45,038 bases of DNA from an uncultured Dehalococcoidaceae bacterium (GTDB lineage Bacteria > Chloroflexota > Dehalococcoidia > Dehalococcoidales > RBG-16-60-22): NCBI GenBank assembly GCA_964589285.1, contig CAZPSP010000002.1:1-45038 (forward strand). Reading direction: 5' to 3'. Each line of letters opens with the position of its first letter. Within the stretch, counting starts at the first letter, position 1. Below are positions 8,619-17,653 of the stretch, piece by piece. The translations under genes were made by a program, and so were the position numbers. Below the pieces are notes generated by a model. It ran no database searches. It saw nothing but the letters and a program-made list of their open reading frames with translations, and had not been told where the DNA came from.

Positions 8619-11600
8619 TTACTCTCCTGCCTTGATCGCTTCGTGGGGACAAACCTGCGCGCACACGCCGCAGCCGGGGCACTGGGTTTCATCGACCGAC
8701 GCTTTACCGTCCTCGATAATGAGGGCCGGACAGCCGAGCAGATTGATGCATATCTTACAGTCGCAGCTCAGGCAGCGTTTCGCCTCAGCGATGGCCTGCT
8801 CCTTACTGAAGCCGAGATTGACTTCCTTGAAGTTTGTTTTCCGCTTGGCAACCGGAGCGGCCGGAGCGCTGGTCCGGGCTTCTTTGGCAAGCCCCCAGGT
8901 CTCGACGATGAGTTTCGACTCGAAGACGGCCTCACCTTCCCGTCCTACATCCATCGGTTCGCCTTTGAGGAAAAGATCAATCGATTTAGCGGCTTTGCGG
9001 CCCGCCGCCATGGCCTGGACAACGGTCGCGGCGCCGGTAACGGCGTCGCCGCCGGCAAACAGACCTTTAACCGGGGTAGCCAGTGTCACGGGGTCGGCGT
9101 TGATGCGGCCATCGGTGACAGCCTGGCCGTTGAGGAAATCGAGTTCCGGCTCCTCGCCTACGGCGGCGATGATGAGGTCGGCATCGATGGTGAATTCGGA
9201 ACCGGTCACGGGCACCGGCCGCCGCCGCCCGCTGGCATCAGGTTCGCCAAGTTGCATCTTGACACATTCGAGCCCGATGGCCTTACCGCTGGCGGTGATA
9301 ACCTTGTTCGGTCCAGAGAGAAGCGTCAGTTTCACGCCTTCTTCTTCCGCTTCGTGAATCTCCGTGGGAATAGCGGGCATCTCGTCGCGGGAACGCCGGT
9401 AGACTATCTGGACATCTTGAACGCCAAGCCTGACACAGGTACGGGCGCAGTCGATAGCCACATTGCCTCCACCGATGACGACGGCCCGGTTCGGAGATAC
9501 TATCCGTTCACCGGAATTGACCTTAAAGAGAAATTCGGTGCCGTCGATGACGCCGTGGGAGTTACTGTTGGGGATGCCGAGATCACGTCCTTTATGGGCG
9601 CCGACGGCCAGGAAAACGGCATCGTACTGTTTCTGGAGGTCGGCGAGTTGTACGTCCTTGCCTATCCGGGTATTAAGCTTGATATCCACACCAAGTCTGG
9701 CAACGAGGTCGGTCTCGCTCTGCAGGACTTCACGCGGCAAACGGAAGTCCGGGATACCCCAGGCCATCATACCACCGAGCGAGGAAAGGGCTTCATAGAT
9801 GGTCACTTTATAGCCGGCCTTACGGAGGTCCCAAGCAGCCATCATCCCCGCCGGACCGCCACCGACAACGGCGACTTTCTCAGTTTTCTCCGCCGGAATG
9901 TTCAAGTCATCGGTATATTTACCATATTCCACCGCGGCCCGTTTCAGGCCGTTGATGGAAATAGCTTCCTCAACGTTATTGCGTTCGCACTTGCCTTCGC
10001 AGGGAGCGGTACAAACACGGCCGATGATGGAGGGGAAGGGAAGGGTCTGCTTGATGAGCGCTAGGGCTTCATCGAACTTGCCTTCCTTGATGAATTTCAC
10101 ATAGCCGCGGATATCGATATGGAGCGGGCAGGTAGCCTGGCAGGCCGGGGGACTGCCGGCGACGCATTTCTCCGTGTCCACGACATAGGGGACGGTCTTG
10201 ACGCCTTCCTTCTTCTTTTGGCGAGCGTCCAGGATATTGCAGAGCCGGCGGGAAATGACCAGCGCCGGTCCATCAAACCGGATGGCGCGTTCCAGGCTGT
10301 CGATGAGCGAAGCCAGGTCGAAAGCATCGACGACCTCTACGAATTTAACACCTGCCGCCTGGGCGATATTTTCTATCTTTATGCCCAGGTCCACATTTTC
10401 CAGTGAGCCCGGGTGCGGCTGGAAGCCGGTCATGCCCGTGGTGGAATTGTCCATGACCACCATGGTCAGGTTAGCATTGTTATAGACCGCGTTTATCATG
10501 GGCGCGATACCGGAGTGGAAAAAGGTGGAATCGCCGAGGTGGCCGATGACCGGCCGGTCCAGAACGTGGGCGAACCCGTTCGCCATCCCGAAGCCGCCGC
10601 CCATACAGACCGCGGTATCATCGGTATTCAGCGGTTCGCCGGCGCCGAGGGCGTAGCAGCCGATGTCGCCGGTCTTGACGGCTTCTTTACCGGTCTCCTG
10701 CTGGTAACGCTTGGCCGCAATGTTGATAGCGTAGGCAGTAGCGCGATGAGGGCAGCCGGCGCACATGGTCGGCGGCCGCAGCGGCAGGAGCGATTCCGTT
10801 TCCTTACGGAGGGCATCGATCTCCTGGAAATCGACCGGAGGTTTAACACCGGTCAGCTTGTTGAGGGCCTCGGCCACGAGCCGTGTCGAAAGTTCCCCGG
10901 CCAGGGTCAGGAGGTCCTTACCGTGGACTTTGGTGGTAATATCGTTATCCTTGGCAACAACCTTGGTGGCCTCTTCGACGAAGGGTTCGAGTTCTTCGAC
11001 GACGAGGACCTTATCAACCGATTCGAGCATTTTCTTGATGAGTTTGACCGGCGCCGGGTACGGCGTACCGATCTTGAGGAACGAGACCTTGTCTTCCAGT
11101 CCCATCCACTTGATGGCTTCGATGGCATAGCCATTGGAAATGCCGTTGGCGATGACGCCGAGCTTAGCACCCGGTTTGAGGGTCAACTGGTTGTACGGCA
11201 AATCGTCGACGATGGCAGCGATCTTTTTCATCCGTTCGATGAGCAGCCGCCGCCGCGCGCGGAAATTGGCGGGTAAGCAGACCAGCCGCTGGTAGTCCTT
11301 GACGAATTCAGCTTTGCGGGCCGTCTTATCTATGTTCCCGAAGGTAACGTCTCCTCGCGCATGGCCGATACGGGTCACCGAACGAAGCATCCACATCTGC
11401 CCGTACTGCTCGGAAAGACGGAATGCATCCGCCATCATGTCCTTGGCTTCCTGGGCGGAAGCTGGTTCGAAAACAGGAATATAGGCCTGGCGGGCCAGCA
11501 AGCGATTGTCTTGTTCGTTCTGGGAGCTCCACTGACCGGGATCGTCAGCGGAAATAACGACGAGGCCGCCGAGCCCCATATAAGAGGCCGACATCAGGGG

Positions 11601-11903
11601 GTCGTGAGCGACGTTGACGCCGACATGCTTCATGATCGCCAGGGACCGCAGACCGGTGGTCGCGGCTGCCATGGCAATCTCGAGCGCCACTTTTTCATTA
11701 ATCGACCATTCCGCGTACATACCAGCGGCTTCAGCGTTCTCCACCAGGGTGGTCGTAATTTCGCTGGATGGAGTGCCGGGATACGAGGCTACCACCTGGA
11801 CGCCGGCTTCGATTGCCCCGCGGGCGATCGCTTCATTACCCAACATGAACAAACGGGCGCCGGGAGCATCGGACGTAATGGTCACTTGTGCTACCTTATT
11901 CAA
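8619..11903 (-). CDS. iorA: indolepyruvate:ferredoxin oxidoreductase alpha subunit fused with an internal GltD-like NAD(P)H-dependent FAD/Fe-S oxidoreductase module
   Basis: 1094 aa, TTG start after AGGAGGAG. Residues 1-570 form the IorA/TPP part (GNEAIARGAIEAGV, CAGCPHRATAY, GDSTFFHSG). Residues ~575-985 (nt ~8949..10181) are GltD-like (CPLHIDIRGYVKFIKEGKFDEALALIKQTLPFPSIIGRVCTAPCEGKC, KVAVVGGGPAGMMAAWDLRKAGYKVTIYE, VVIGGGNVAIDCA, LFAGGDAV). The C-terminus is the usual IorA ferredoxin domain (CLSCDCKIC...CPGCGVCAQVCP). Confidence 0.85.
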   Translation of the reverse strand: MNKVAQVTITSDAPGARLFMLGNEAIARGAIEAGVQVVASYPGTPSSEITTTLVENAEAAGMYAEWSINEKVALEIAMAAATTGLRSLAIMKHVGVNVAHDPLMSASYMGLGGLVVISADDPGQWSSQNEQDNRLLARQAYIPVFEPASAQEAKDMMADAFRLSEQYGQMWMLRSVTRIGHARGDVTFGNIDKTARKAEFVKDYQRLVCLPANFRARRRLLIERMKKIAAIVDDLPYNQLTLKPGAKLGVIANGISNGYAIEAIKWMGLEDKVSFLKIGTPYPAPVKLIKKMLESVDKVLVVEELEPFVEEATKVVAKDNDITTKVHGKDLLTLAGELSTRLVAEALNKLTGVKPPVDFQEIDALRKETESLLPLRPPTMCAGCPHRATAYAINIAAKRYQQETGKEAVKTGDIGCYALGAGEPLNTDDTAVCMGGGFGMANGFAHVLDRPVIGHLGDSTFFHSGIAPMINAVYNNANLTMVVMDNSTTGMTGFQPHPGSLENVDLGIKIENIAQAAGVKFVEVVDAFDLASLIDSLERAIRFDGPALVISRRLCNILDARQKKKEGVKTVPYVVDTEKCVAGSPPACQATCPLHIDIRGYVKFIKEGKFDEALALIKQTLPFPSIIGRVCTAPCEGKCERNNVEEAISINGLKRAAVEYGKYTDDLNIPAEKTEKVAVVGGGPAGMMAAWDLRKAGYKVTIYEALSSLGGMMAWGIPDFRLPREVLQSETDLVARLGVDIKLNTRIGKDVQLADLQKQYDAVFLAVGAHKGRDLGIPNSNSHGVIDGTEFLFKVNSGERIVSPNRAVVIGGGNVAIDCARTCVRLGVQDVQIVYRRSRDEMPAIPTEIHEAEEEGVKLTLLSGPNKVITASGKAIGLECVKMQLGEPDASGRRRPVPVTGSEFTIDADLIIAAVGEEPELDFLNGQAVTDGRINADPVTLATPVKGLFAGGDAVTGAATVVQAMAAGRKAAKSIDLFLKGEPMDVGREGEAVFESKLIVETWGLAKEARTSAPAAPVAKRKTNFKEVNLGFSKEQAIAEAKRCLSCDCKICINLLGCPALIIEDGKASVDETQCPGCGVCAQVCPHEAIKAGE

Positions 11904-12161
11904 CTATACTCCTCCTAACCTGAATACTGGCACACCCCCCGGGGAACGAATAGCCTGTGGACGCCGGGGAGCGGCGGTTTTACGCATTGGCGTGGTGAAA
12001 TGTATTACTTTATTGTGGGGGCGAAAGCGGAGTTTATTGGTTTGCGTACGGCAATGACCACTTTTCCCTATATTATTCTACACACTTGCGGACGGGCTGG
12101 CAACCGCGAGACGGATGGGGGGACCGCCGGAGAGGAGATAACAGCAGGAAAAGGTGAAATG

Positions 12162-12190
12162 TTGACAGTATGTGCTCGTTGAGCTAATAT
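12162..12190 (+). promoter_or_regulatory. sigma-70-like promoter of the cupin-ferredoxin-cupin cassette
   Basis: TTGACA (12162-12167), a 17-nt spacer and TAATAT (12185-12190), about 30 nt upstream of ATG 12222. Confidence 0.45.
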
Positions 12191-12221
12191 TGCGGCAAGC
12201 AACCGCGAGGAGGTTTAACGA

Positions 12222-12731
12222 ATGGCTGGCAAGTATGATCACTACATCATCGAGTACGACCCAAGTATGTTTCCCAATGAACGCCGCCCGGTCATGGCTT
12301 ACATGGATGATACTTTGGCCAAGGGCAGCCACTTCTACCTGATCCACTGGATCCTGCCCGGATTCGCGGATAATCTGGGCGATTTCCCCTACGCCGGGCA
12401 TCCGCCGCACATCCATAAAGATGCGGAACTGCTCTTCCATATCGGGACCGACCCCCAGAACCCGATGGACCTGGGTTCCGAGGTGGTGATGTATCTCGGG
12501 CCCGAACTGGAAGAACATCACATCACGCGTACCTGCTGTATCTGGATACCGCCTAACTTCATTCACTCTCCATGGAAACCGATACGGATCGACAGACCAT
12601 GGATATTCATGGAATTCAACCAGGGACCGGTGCACACGGAAAAGTCCTACCGGCAGATATTGCCGAAAGAAGCACGGGAGAAGATCAACTGGGACATGTG
12701 GCCGGACGACAAATACGAGATACCGGCGTAG
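12222..12731 (+). CDS. cupin-fold protein of unknown function
   Basis: GAGGAGG SD. His/Glu cupin-like motifs: GHPPHIHKDAELLFHIG and IWIPPNFIHSPW. No characterised family recognised. Confidence 0.7.
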   Translation: MAGKYDHYIIEYDPSMFPNERRPVMAYMDDTLAKGSHFYLIHWILPGFADNLGDFPYAGHPPHIHKDAELLFHIGTDPQNPMDLGSEVVMYLGPELEEHHITRTCCIWIPPNFIHSPWKPIRIDRPWIFMEFNQGPVHTEKSYRQILPKEAREKINWDMWPDDKYEIPA

Positions 12732-12769
12732 CCGAACCATTAACCAATACATTATTTTTGGAGGATATC

Positions 12770-12985
12770 GTGGTTTACAGTATCGACATGAAAAAGTGCC
12801 TGAAATGCGGTCTGTGCGTGACCCAGTGCCCGCATCACGCCTTCGTGGTAACAGACAAGGTAACCGAGCCCGACGGCCTGATACTCTACACGGTGAAGAT
12901 AGACCAGGACCTCTGCACGGAATGCGGCGAATGCATGGATACCCTGGAATGGTGGTGCCCGGCCAAAGCCATTGTACGGTCGTAG
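12770..12985 (+). CDS. small 2x[4Fe-4S]-type ferredoxin
   Basis: CLKCGLCVTQCP and CTECGECMDTLEWWCP motifs. GTG 12770 lies 4 nt after GGAGGA. The longer track ORF from 12572 overlaps the upstream gene and is rejected. Confidence 0.7.
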   Translation: MVYSIDMKKCLKCGLCVTQCPHHAFVVTDKVTEPDGLILYTVKIDQDLCTECGECMDTLEWWCPAKAIVRS

Positions 12986-13095
12986 CAGCCGTAACCAACC
13001 ATCGACGATATACCAACAATAGCCGGGAAACGGGATTTGCCGGTGTTCTGTTGCTGTCAGCCCGCTAAATGAACAGGGCTTGAAGGAGGACCATC

Positions 13096-13593
13096 ATGGC
13101 AGAGATGAAATACAGCCGGTACTTTCTTAACGAACTACCTGACGAACAGCGCTTCAAGGGATTCGCCAAGATGCCAAGTATGGTAGCTTATACGGATAAT
13201 GACATTATCCAGGACTCGAAGTATTTTTCCGTGATGATCATGGGAGAAGAAGCCACCAAGATGGCCGGACACGGTCCCCATATTCACAACGACCCGGAGT
13301 TGCTGGTGGCCCTCGGTACCGATATGTCAAACCCGCGCGACCTCGGTGCTAAAATGGAAATGTGTATGGGCCCGGAGATGGAAAGCCACATCATCACCGA
13401 ATCGACGATGATCTGGATACCCGCCAAGTTCATTCACGCGCCGTTCCGTATCCTGGAAGTGACCCGCCCCTTCATCTTCATCCAATGCCAGTATGCCCCC
13501 AAACTCACCGAGACCTCCCTCAAGAAGCTCGTCTCGGAAGACCTGTGGGACAAGATGGTCTTCATCGACGCGGACGGGACGCAGAAGGATTAA
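13096..13593 (+). CDS. cupin-fold protein of unknown function, paralog of 12222..12731
   Basis: AAGGAGGA SD. GHGPHIHNDPELLVALG and IWIPAKFIHAPF align with the first copy. Confidence 0.7.
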   Translation: MAEMKYSRYFLNELPDEQRFKGFAKMPSMVAYTDNDIIQDSKYFSVMIMGEEATKMAGHGPHIHNDPELLVALGTDMSNPRDLGAKMEMCMGPEMESHIITESTMIWIPAKFIHAPFRILEVTRPFIFIQCQYAPKLTETSLKKLVSEDLWDKMVFIDADGTQKD

Positions 13594-13678
13594 CTCAAAC
13601 GCCAAATCTCTAAGTCGAAACTAAGAGTAGAATCACGTATTTTGCTGCCTCCGAGCGCAGTAACCCGTAGACTGGCTT

Positions 13679-16600
13679 CTAGACCAACTGTAACTGGAGC
13701 TGGAATTCCAGCGTGTTACCCGGTTTCAGTTCCCGTATATCTTCGCCGAGGGCTACTTCAATGGGGCCGATCTCCTGCGGACGGCTGGCCACTTTTAATG
13801 TCTCCCCGGTGATACGCACCTCCAGCCAGTGGCCCCGGTACCTTATCTCGAATGCAACTGACTTGAGTCCTTTGGGCAGGGCGGGATCGAAACGAAGAAT
13901 ATTGCCTCTCGTTTCGATGCCGGTATAAGCCCTCTGTATTATGTCTACTGTCCCCGCCATGGCGCCGAGGTGGATGCCTTCATGGGTGGTGCCTCCCTGT
14001 ATGTCCAGTACATCGCTTTCCAGTGCGTCCTGGAACAAATGCCAGGATACCTCGCGGCGTGACCTTGCCAACACCCAGGAATGCACTACCCGGCTCAATG
14101 TGGAGCCGTGAGAAGTCCTTTCCAGGTAATACTCTATGTTGCGCGGGATGGTTTCATGCTCGAAAGGATAACCCAAGCGATCAAACAGCTCTTTCATCTC
14201 GTCGGCGGAAAAGAGGTAGAACAGCATCAGGACATCAGCCTGCTTGGAGACCTTGTAACGGTTCGGGGTGTCTCCTTCGGCTTCGAGGATGCGGTCCAGC
14301 CGGTGGATATCTCCGTACTTCTTCCTGTAGCCGTTCCAGTCGAACTCAAGGAGGTCCCCATACCCTTCGAACTGGCTGATAATATCGCCGTCATGGAACG
14401 GTATGATCATTTTATGGCTTATCTCATTCCAGCGGTCCAGTTCCTCTTTACGCAGCACCAGATTTTCCCAGATGTGATTGCGCCGGTAGATGGAAATCAT
14501 CTCCAGCGACTCCAGGGCCCGGCACATGAGCCATACCGTCATGACGTTGGTATAAGCGTTATTATTGATGCCGGGCTCTTCTGCTCCGGGGTAGCGATCA
14601 TGGAACTCATCCGGGCCCATGACCTTGTGAATCTCATAGCGGTCAAGGGAATGGTTGTACCGGCACTTGCTGGCCCAGAACCGCGCCAGTTCTATAAGGA
14701 TTTCCGTGCCGTAGTATGTCATGAAATCAATGTCCCCTGAAACCTGATAATGCTGCCAGACATTATAGGCTACGGCCAGGTTAATATGCCGTTCAAGCTG
14801 GGAATTATCGGGTATCCAGCGGCCGGATTTGGGGTTCAGATGCAGGGTCTGGGCTTCCTCGCGGCCGTTGCTGCCGCTCTGCCATGGGAACATCGCGCCA
14901 CTGTATCCTGCCGTGAGGGCTGCCCGCCTGGCGGCCGGCAACCGGCGGTAGCGGTAGCTGAGGAGCGACTTGGTAATGTCCGGTATCCGTAGATTAAGCA
15001 AGTGGAAGATGAACAATTCGTCCCACATGATGAGTCCGCGATAGGCCTCGCCATGAAGGCCGCGCGGCGGGATGCCGGCATCGAGGGAGATGGTATTAGG
15101 CGATACGGTCTGGAGCAAATGGAAAATGTGGAGATTAAGGATCTGCGCCATACGCACACTTTCAGTATCGACAGTGATATGCCAGATCTCCCAGAGATGC
15201 CCCCACCCGGTGATATGGCTTGCCAGGAGACCGGCAAAATCGGCTGCGAAACGGACTTCTTCCCTGGCGGCGAGCGAGCTCTCAGTAATACCGCGATCGC
15301 GTGAGTTGTACAGAGCGGCGATTTTCTCGACTCGCACCAGTTGCCCTTTTTTTATGGGGACCGTGAACTCCTGTGCAATGTAGCCTTCCTCCCGCAGAAC
15401 GCGGCGTTCCGGACGGTACCGCTCTTCACCGATAAAGACCCTGGTGCGGACAGCCTCGGCGATATGGATATGAGACTGGTTGGTCTCCGCCAGCAGCCAG
15501 ATGATATTGCTGCCATCTGAGCCGTTATCCACCTGGAGGAGATGATGGTTGTTTAACTGGCGGTACCGCTTGACGAGCGTATTATTCACGTTCCCGTCTA
15601 TGGCCGAACGGACCTGTATGCTTCCTTCCCAGTCTTCCGCAACCAGGGTCGTCTCCAAAGCGGCAACGTGCGCCATCTGGATATGAACGAAACGGCGTTC
15701 CGTCAAACGCGTATGGCGCCCGGCGACGTCGGCAAATCGCACCGACCGCGTCAGGACACCGCGCCCCGTATCGAGTTCCTGCCGGTAGTCCAGGATGTTC
15801 ACAGAAGCAAGATCTAACCAGTCCCCGTCTTCGATCCTGAACGTAAGGGGCAGCCAGTTGGGAACATTGACCAGGCTTTCATTCTCGATAGTTTGACCGG
15901 CTACCTCACTGGTCAGCCGGTTATAGATGCCGGCGATATAGGTACCGGGATAATGGTATTCACCGGCGGATGATTCCGGGGCAGCCGCACGTGTTACGAA
16001 GTAGCCGTTACCGGTAGCGCAGAGGACCTCCCGTAATTGTTCAGAAGCGGGATCATATTCTTCATACGAGAATGTGTGCGTATCTCTGGAAACGTCTTTC
16101 TCCGCATTTTTCGCCATTTCCTCCAGGAATAGGACCGCCTGCCGCACGTCCTGCAGGATGTAATCAGCCTCTGTGGGACGGTGCTCCGGGCCGATCAGAA
16201 CGCCGATACCGTAGCCTTCAATTGCCTTAAAAGCGTCTTCATCAGTGATATCATCGCCGATGAACAGGGGCACGAGCCGTGAACCGTCCACGTGGACCGT
16301 GCGGGCAAGGTGCAGCAGGGTTCTCCCTTTATCCCAGTCAAGGTCGGGACGAAATTCAGCTTTTTTGCCATCCCGAACCAATCTCAGTTCGGTTTCCGCC
16401 GCGGACAATTCGGAGAGGTATTGTTCGACTGCGGACACAGCGGAGGCATCAGCCTCATCATATTTGACCGTTATGGAATACGGCAGGCGCCGGATATGGA
16501 CGCCTGGCAGCGTGCCCAACCGGTCTTCCAGGTTCTTTTCCGTGTTGTTGATGGCGGGCAGAAAGTGTCTTCCCAGGCTGACCGCAAAGGGTTCTCCGGG

Positions 16601-17653
16601 GTCTCCGACCGCGAACCCATGGCTGCTGGCATACACAATTGTCTCCAGCCCGAGTCGCTCCCGCACGGAACTGACAGCTTCTTTACTCATGATGACAACC
16701 GGCCATCTCTCCGAGACCGTTCTCAGGGCGGTACGCAACCGCTGGAACAACTGGCTCTCTTGACCTTCCAAAAGGGGCTTAAGCGTGCCGTTATAGTCCA
16801 GGAAGAGAGCCGGAATTCCCCGTGATAGCTGCTGTAGTATCTTCTGGCTTTGCTGCAGGGCGGAAGGCAGGGAAGCCGCGTCATGTGTGTGTTCCTGAGG
16901 CAGTATTTTCAGCTCGGAAATGTCTCTGATGACAATGTCCGCGCCAAGTTTTTTCATTTCTTCCGTGTTATTGGCGCGGTCAACACCGATTACGATGGCG
17001 AAATCACCTGCGATACCGGCTTGCACTCCCGCGAGAGCATCCTCTACCATGGCGGAGCGTTGAGGAAATACGTTCAATTCACGCGCTGCTTGTAGAAATA
17101 TGTCCGGCTCCGGTTTACCTTTAAGACCAAGAGAGACAGATGCACGACCTTCAACGATGGCATCGAACAGGTCCGTGACACCAGCGGCATTCAGCACCTC
17201 CATGGCATTCTTGCTGGATGATATTACCGCTACTCGCTTGCCGCGGGATTTGAGTTCCTTGATAAAGTCAACGGTTGATTTGTAAGCGTCTGCGCCGTTT
17301 TCTTTCAGGTACTGTTGAAAATATCCGTTTTTCCTGTTGCCCAGGCCGCATACCGTTTCCGCCTCCGGAGGGTCGTCAGGGCTGCCGAAGGGAATTTTTA
17401 TATTCCGGGACTCCAAAAAGCTTTGAGCGCCTTCATACCTCGGTTTGCCGTCAACATAGAGACTGTAGTCGTTGACAATGTCGAATGGTACGTAATTTTC
17501 TTTATGCTCCCGGGCGCGTTCCTTGAGATAGTCATCGAACATTCGTTTCCAGGCCGCGGCATGCGCTCCTGCAGAGCGCGTGACCACACCATCCATATCG
17601 AGAATAACGGCGTCGATATTATCCAAATCCAGGACCGGTTGTTCATGCTGCAT
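13679..17653 (-). CDS. OtsB1-like tri-domain protein: beta-phosphoglucomutase-type HAD, a trehalose-6-phosphate-phosphatase-like HAD and a GH65 glycoside phosphorylase
   Basis: 1324 aa. The N-terminus has AVILDMDGVV (DxDG HAD motif I) and GKPEPDIF. The middle domain has ALFLDYNGTLKPL and GDDITDEDAF. The C-terminal ~800 aa are GH65-like (WHITVDTESVR, HGEAYRGLIMWDELF, THEGIHLGAMAGT). The architecture and length match mycobacterial OtsB1 (Rv2006, 1327 aa) as I recall it. Confidence 0.85.
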   Translation of the reverse strand: MQHEQPVLDLDNIDAVILDMDGVVTRSAGAHAAAWKRMFDDYLKERAREHKENYVPFDIVNDYSLYVDGKPRYEGAQSFLESRNIKIPFGSPDDPPEAETVCGLGNRKNGYFQQYLKENGADAYKSTVDFIKELKSRGKRVAVISSSKNAMEVLNAAGVTDLFDAIVEGRASVSLGLKGKPEPDIFLQAARELNVFPQRSAMVEDALAGVQAGIAGDFAIVIGVDRANNTEEMKKLGADIVIRDISELKILPQEHTHDAASLPSALQQSQKILQQLSRGIPALFLDYNGTLKPLLEGQESQLFQRLRTALRTVSERWPVVIMSKEAVSSVRERLGLETIVYASSHGFAVGDPGEPFAVSLGRHFLPAINNTEKNLEDRLGTLPGVHIRRLPYSITVKYDEADASAVSAVEQYLSELSAAETELRLVRDGKKAEFRPDLDWDKGRTLLHLARTVHVDGSRLVPLFIGDDITDEDAFKAIEGYGIGVLIGPEHRPTEADYILQDVRQAVLFLEEMAKNAEKDVSRDTHTFSYEEYDPASEQLREVLCATGNGYFVTRAAAPESSAGEYHYPGTYIAGIYNRLTSEVAGQTIENESLVNVPNWLPLTFRIEDGDWLDLASVNILDYRQELDTGRGVLTRSVRFADVAGRHTRLTERRFVHIQMAHVAALETTLVAEDWEGSIQVRSAIDGNVNNTLVKRYRQLNNHHLLQVDNGSDGSNIIWLLAETNQSHIHIAEAVRTRVFIGEERYRPERRVLREEGYIAQEFTVPIKKGQLVRVEKIAALYNSRDRGITESSLAAREEVRFAADFAGLLASHITGWGHLWEIWHITVDTESVRMAQILNLHIFHLLQTVSPNTISLDAGIPPRGLHGEAYRGLIMWDELFIFHLLNLRIPDITKSLLSYRYRRLPAARRAALTAGYSGAMFPWQSGSNGREEAQTLHLNPKSGRWIPDNSQLERHINLAVAYNVWQHYQVSGDIDFMTYYGTEILIELARFWASKCRYNHSLDRYEIHKVMGPDEFHDRYPGAEEPGINNNAYTNVMTVWLMCRALESLEMISIYRRNHIWENLVLRKEELDRWNEISHKMIIPFHDGDIISQFEGYGDLLEFDWNGYRKKYGDIHRLDRILEAEGDTPNRYKVSKQADVLMLFYLFSADEMKELFDRLGYPFEHETIPRNIEYYLERTSHGSTLSRVVHSWVLARSRREVSWHLFQDALESDVLDIQGGTTHEGIHLGAMAGTVDIIQRAYTGIETRGNILRFDPALPKGLKSVAFEIRYRGHWLEVRITGETLKVASRPQEIGPIEVALGEDIRELKPGNTLEFQLQLQLV

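Noticed and set aside
8079-10064. 661-aa plus-strand ORF, and the overlapping 8590..9357 and 10413..11276 ORFs, antisense to iorA/iorB
   Set aside because: The translations are low-complexity and Arg/Gly/Asp-rich, with no recognisable motif and no SD. The opposite strand encodes an unmistakable IorA/IorB. These are the usual long antisense ORFs of GC-rich coding DNA.
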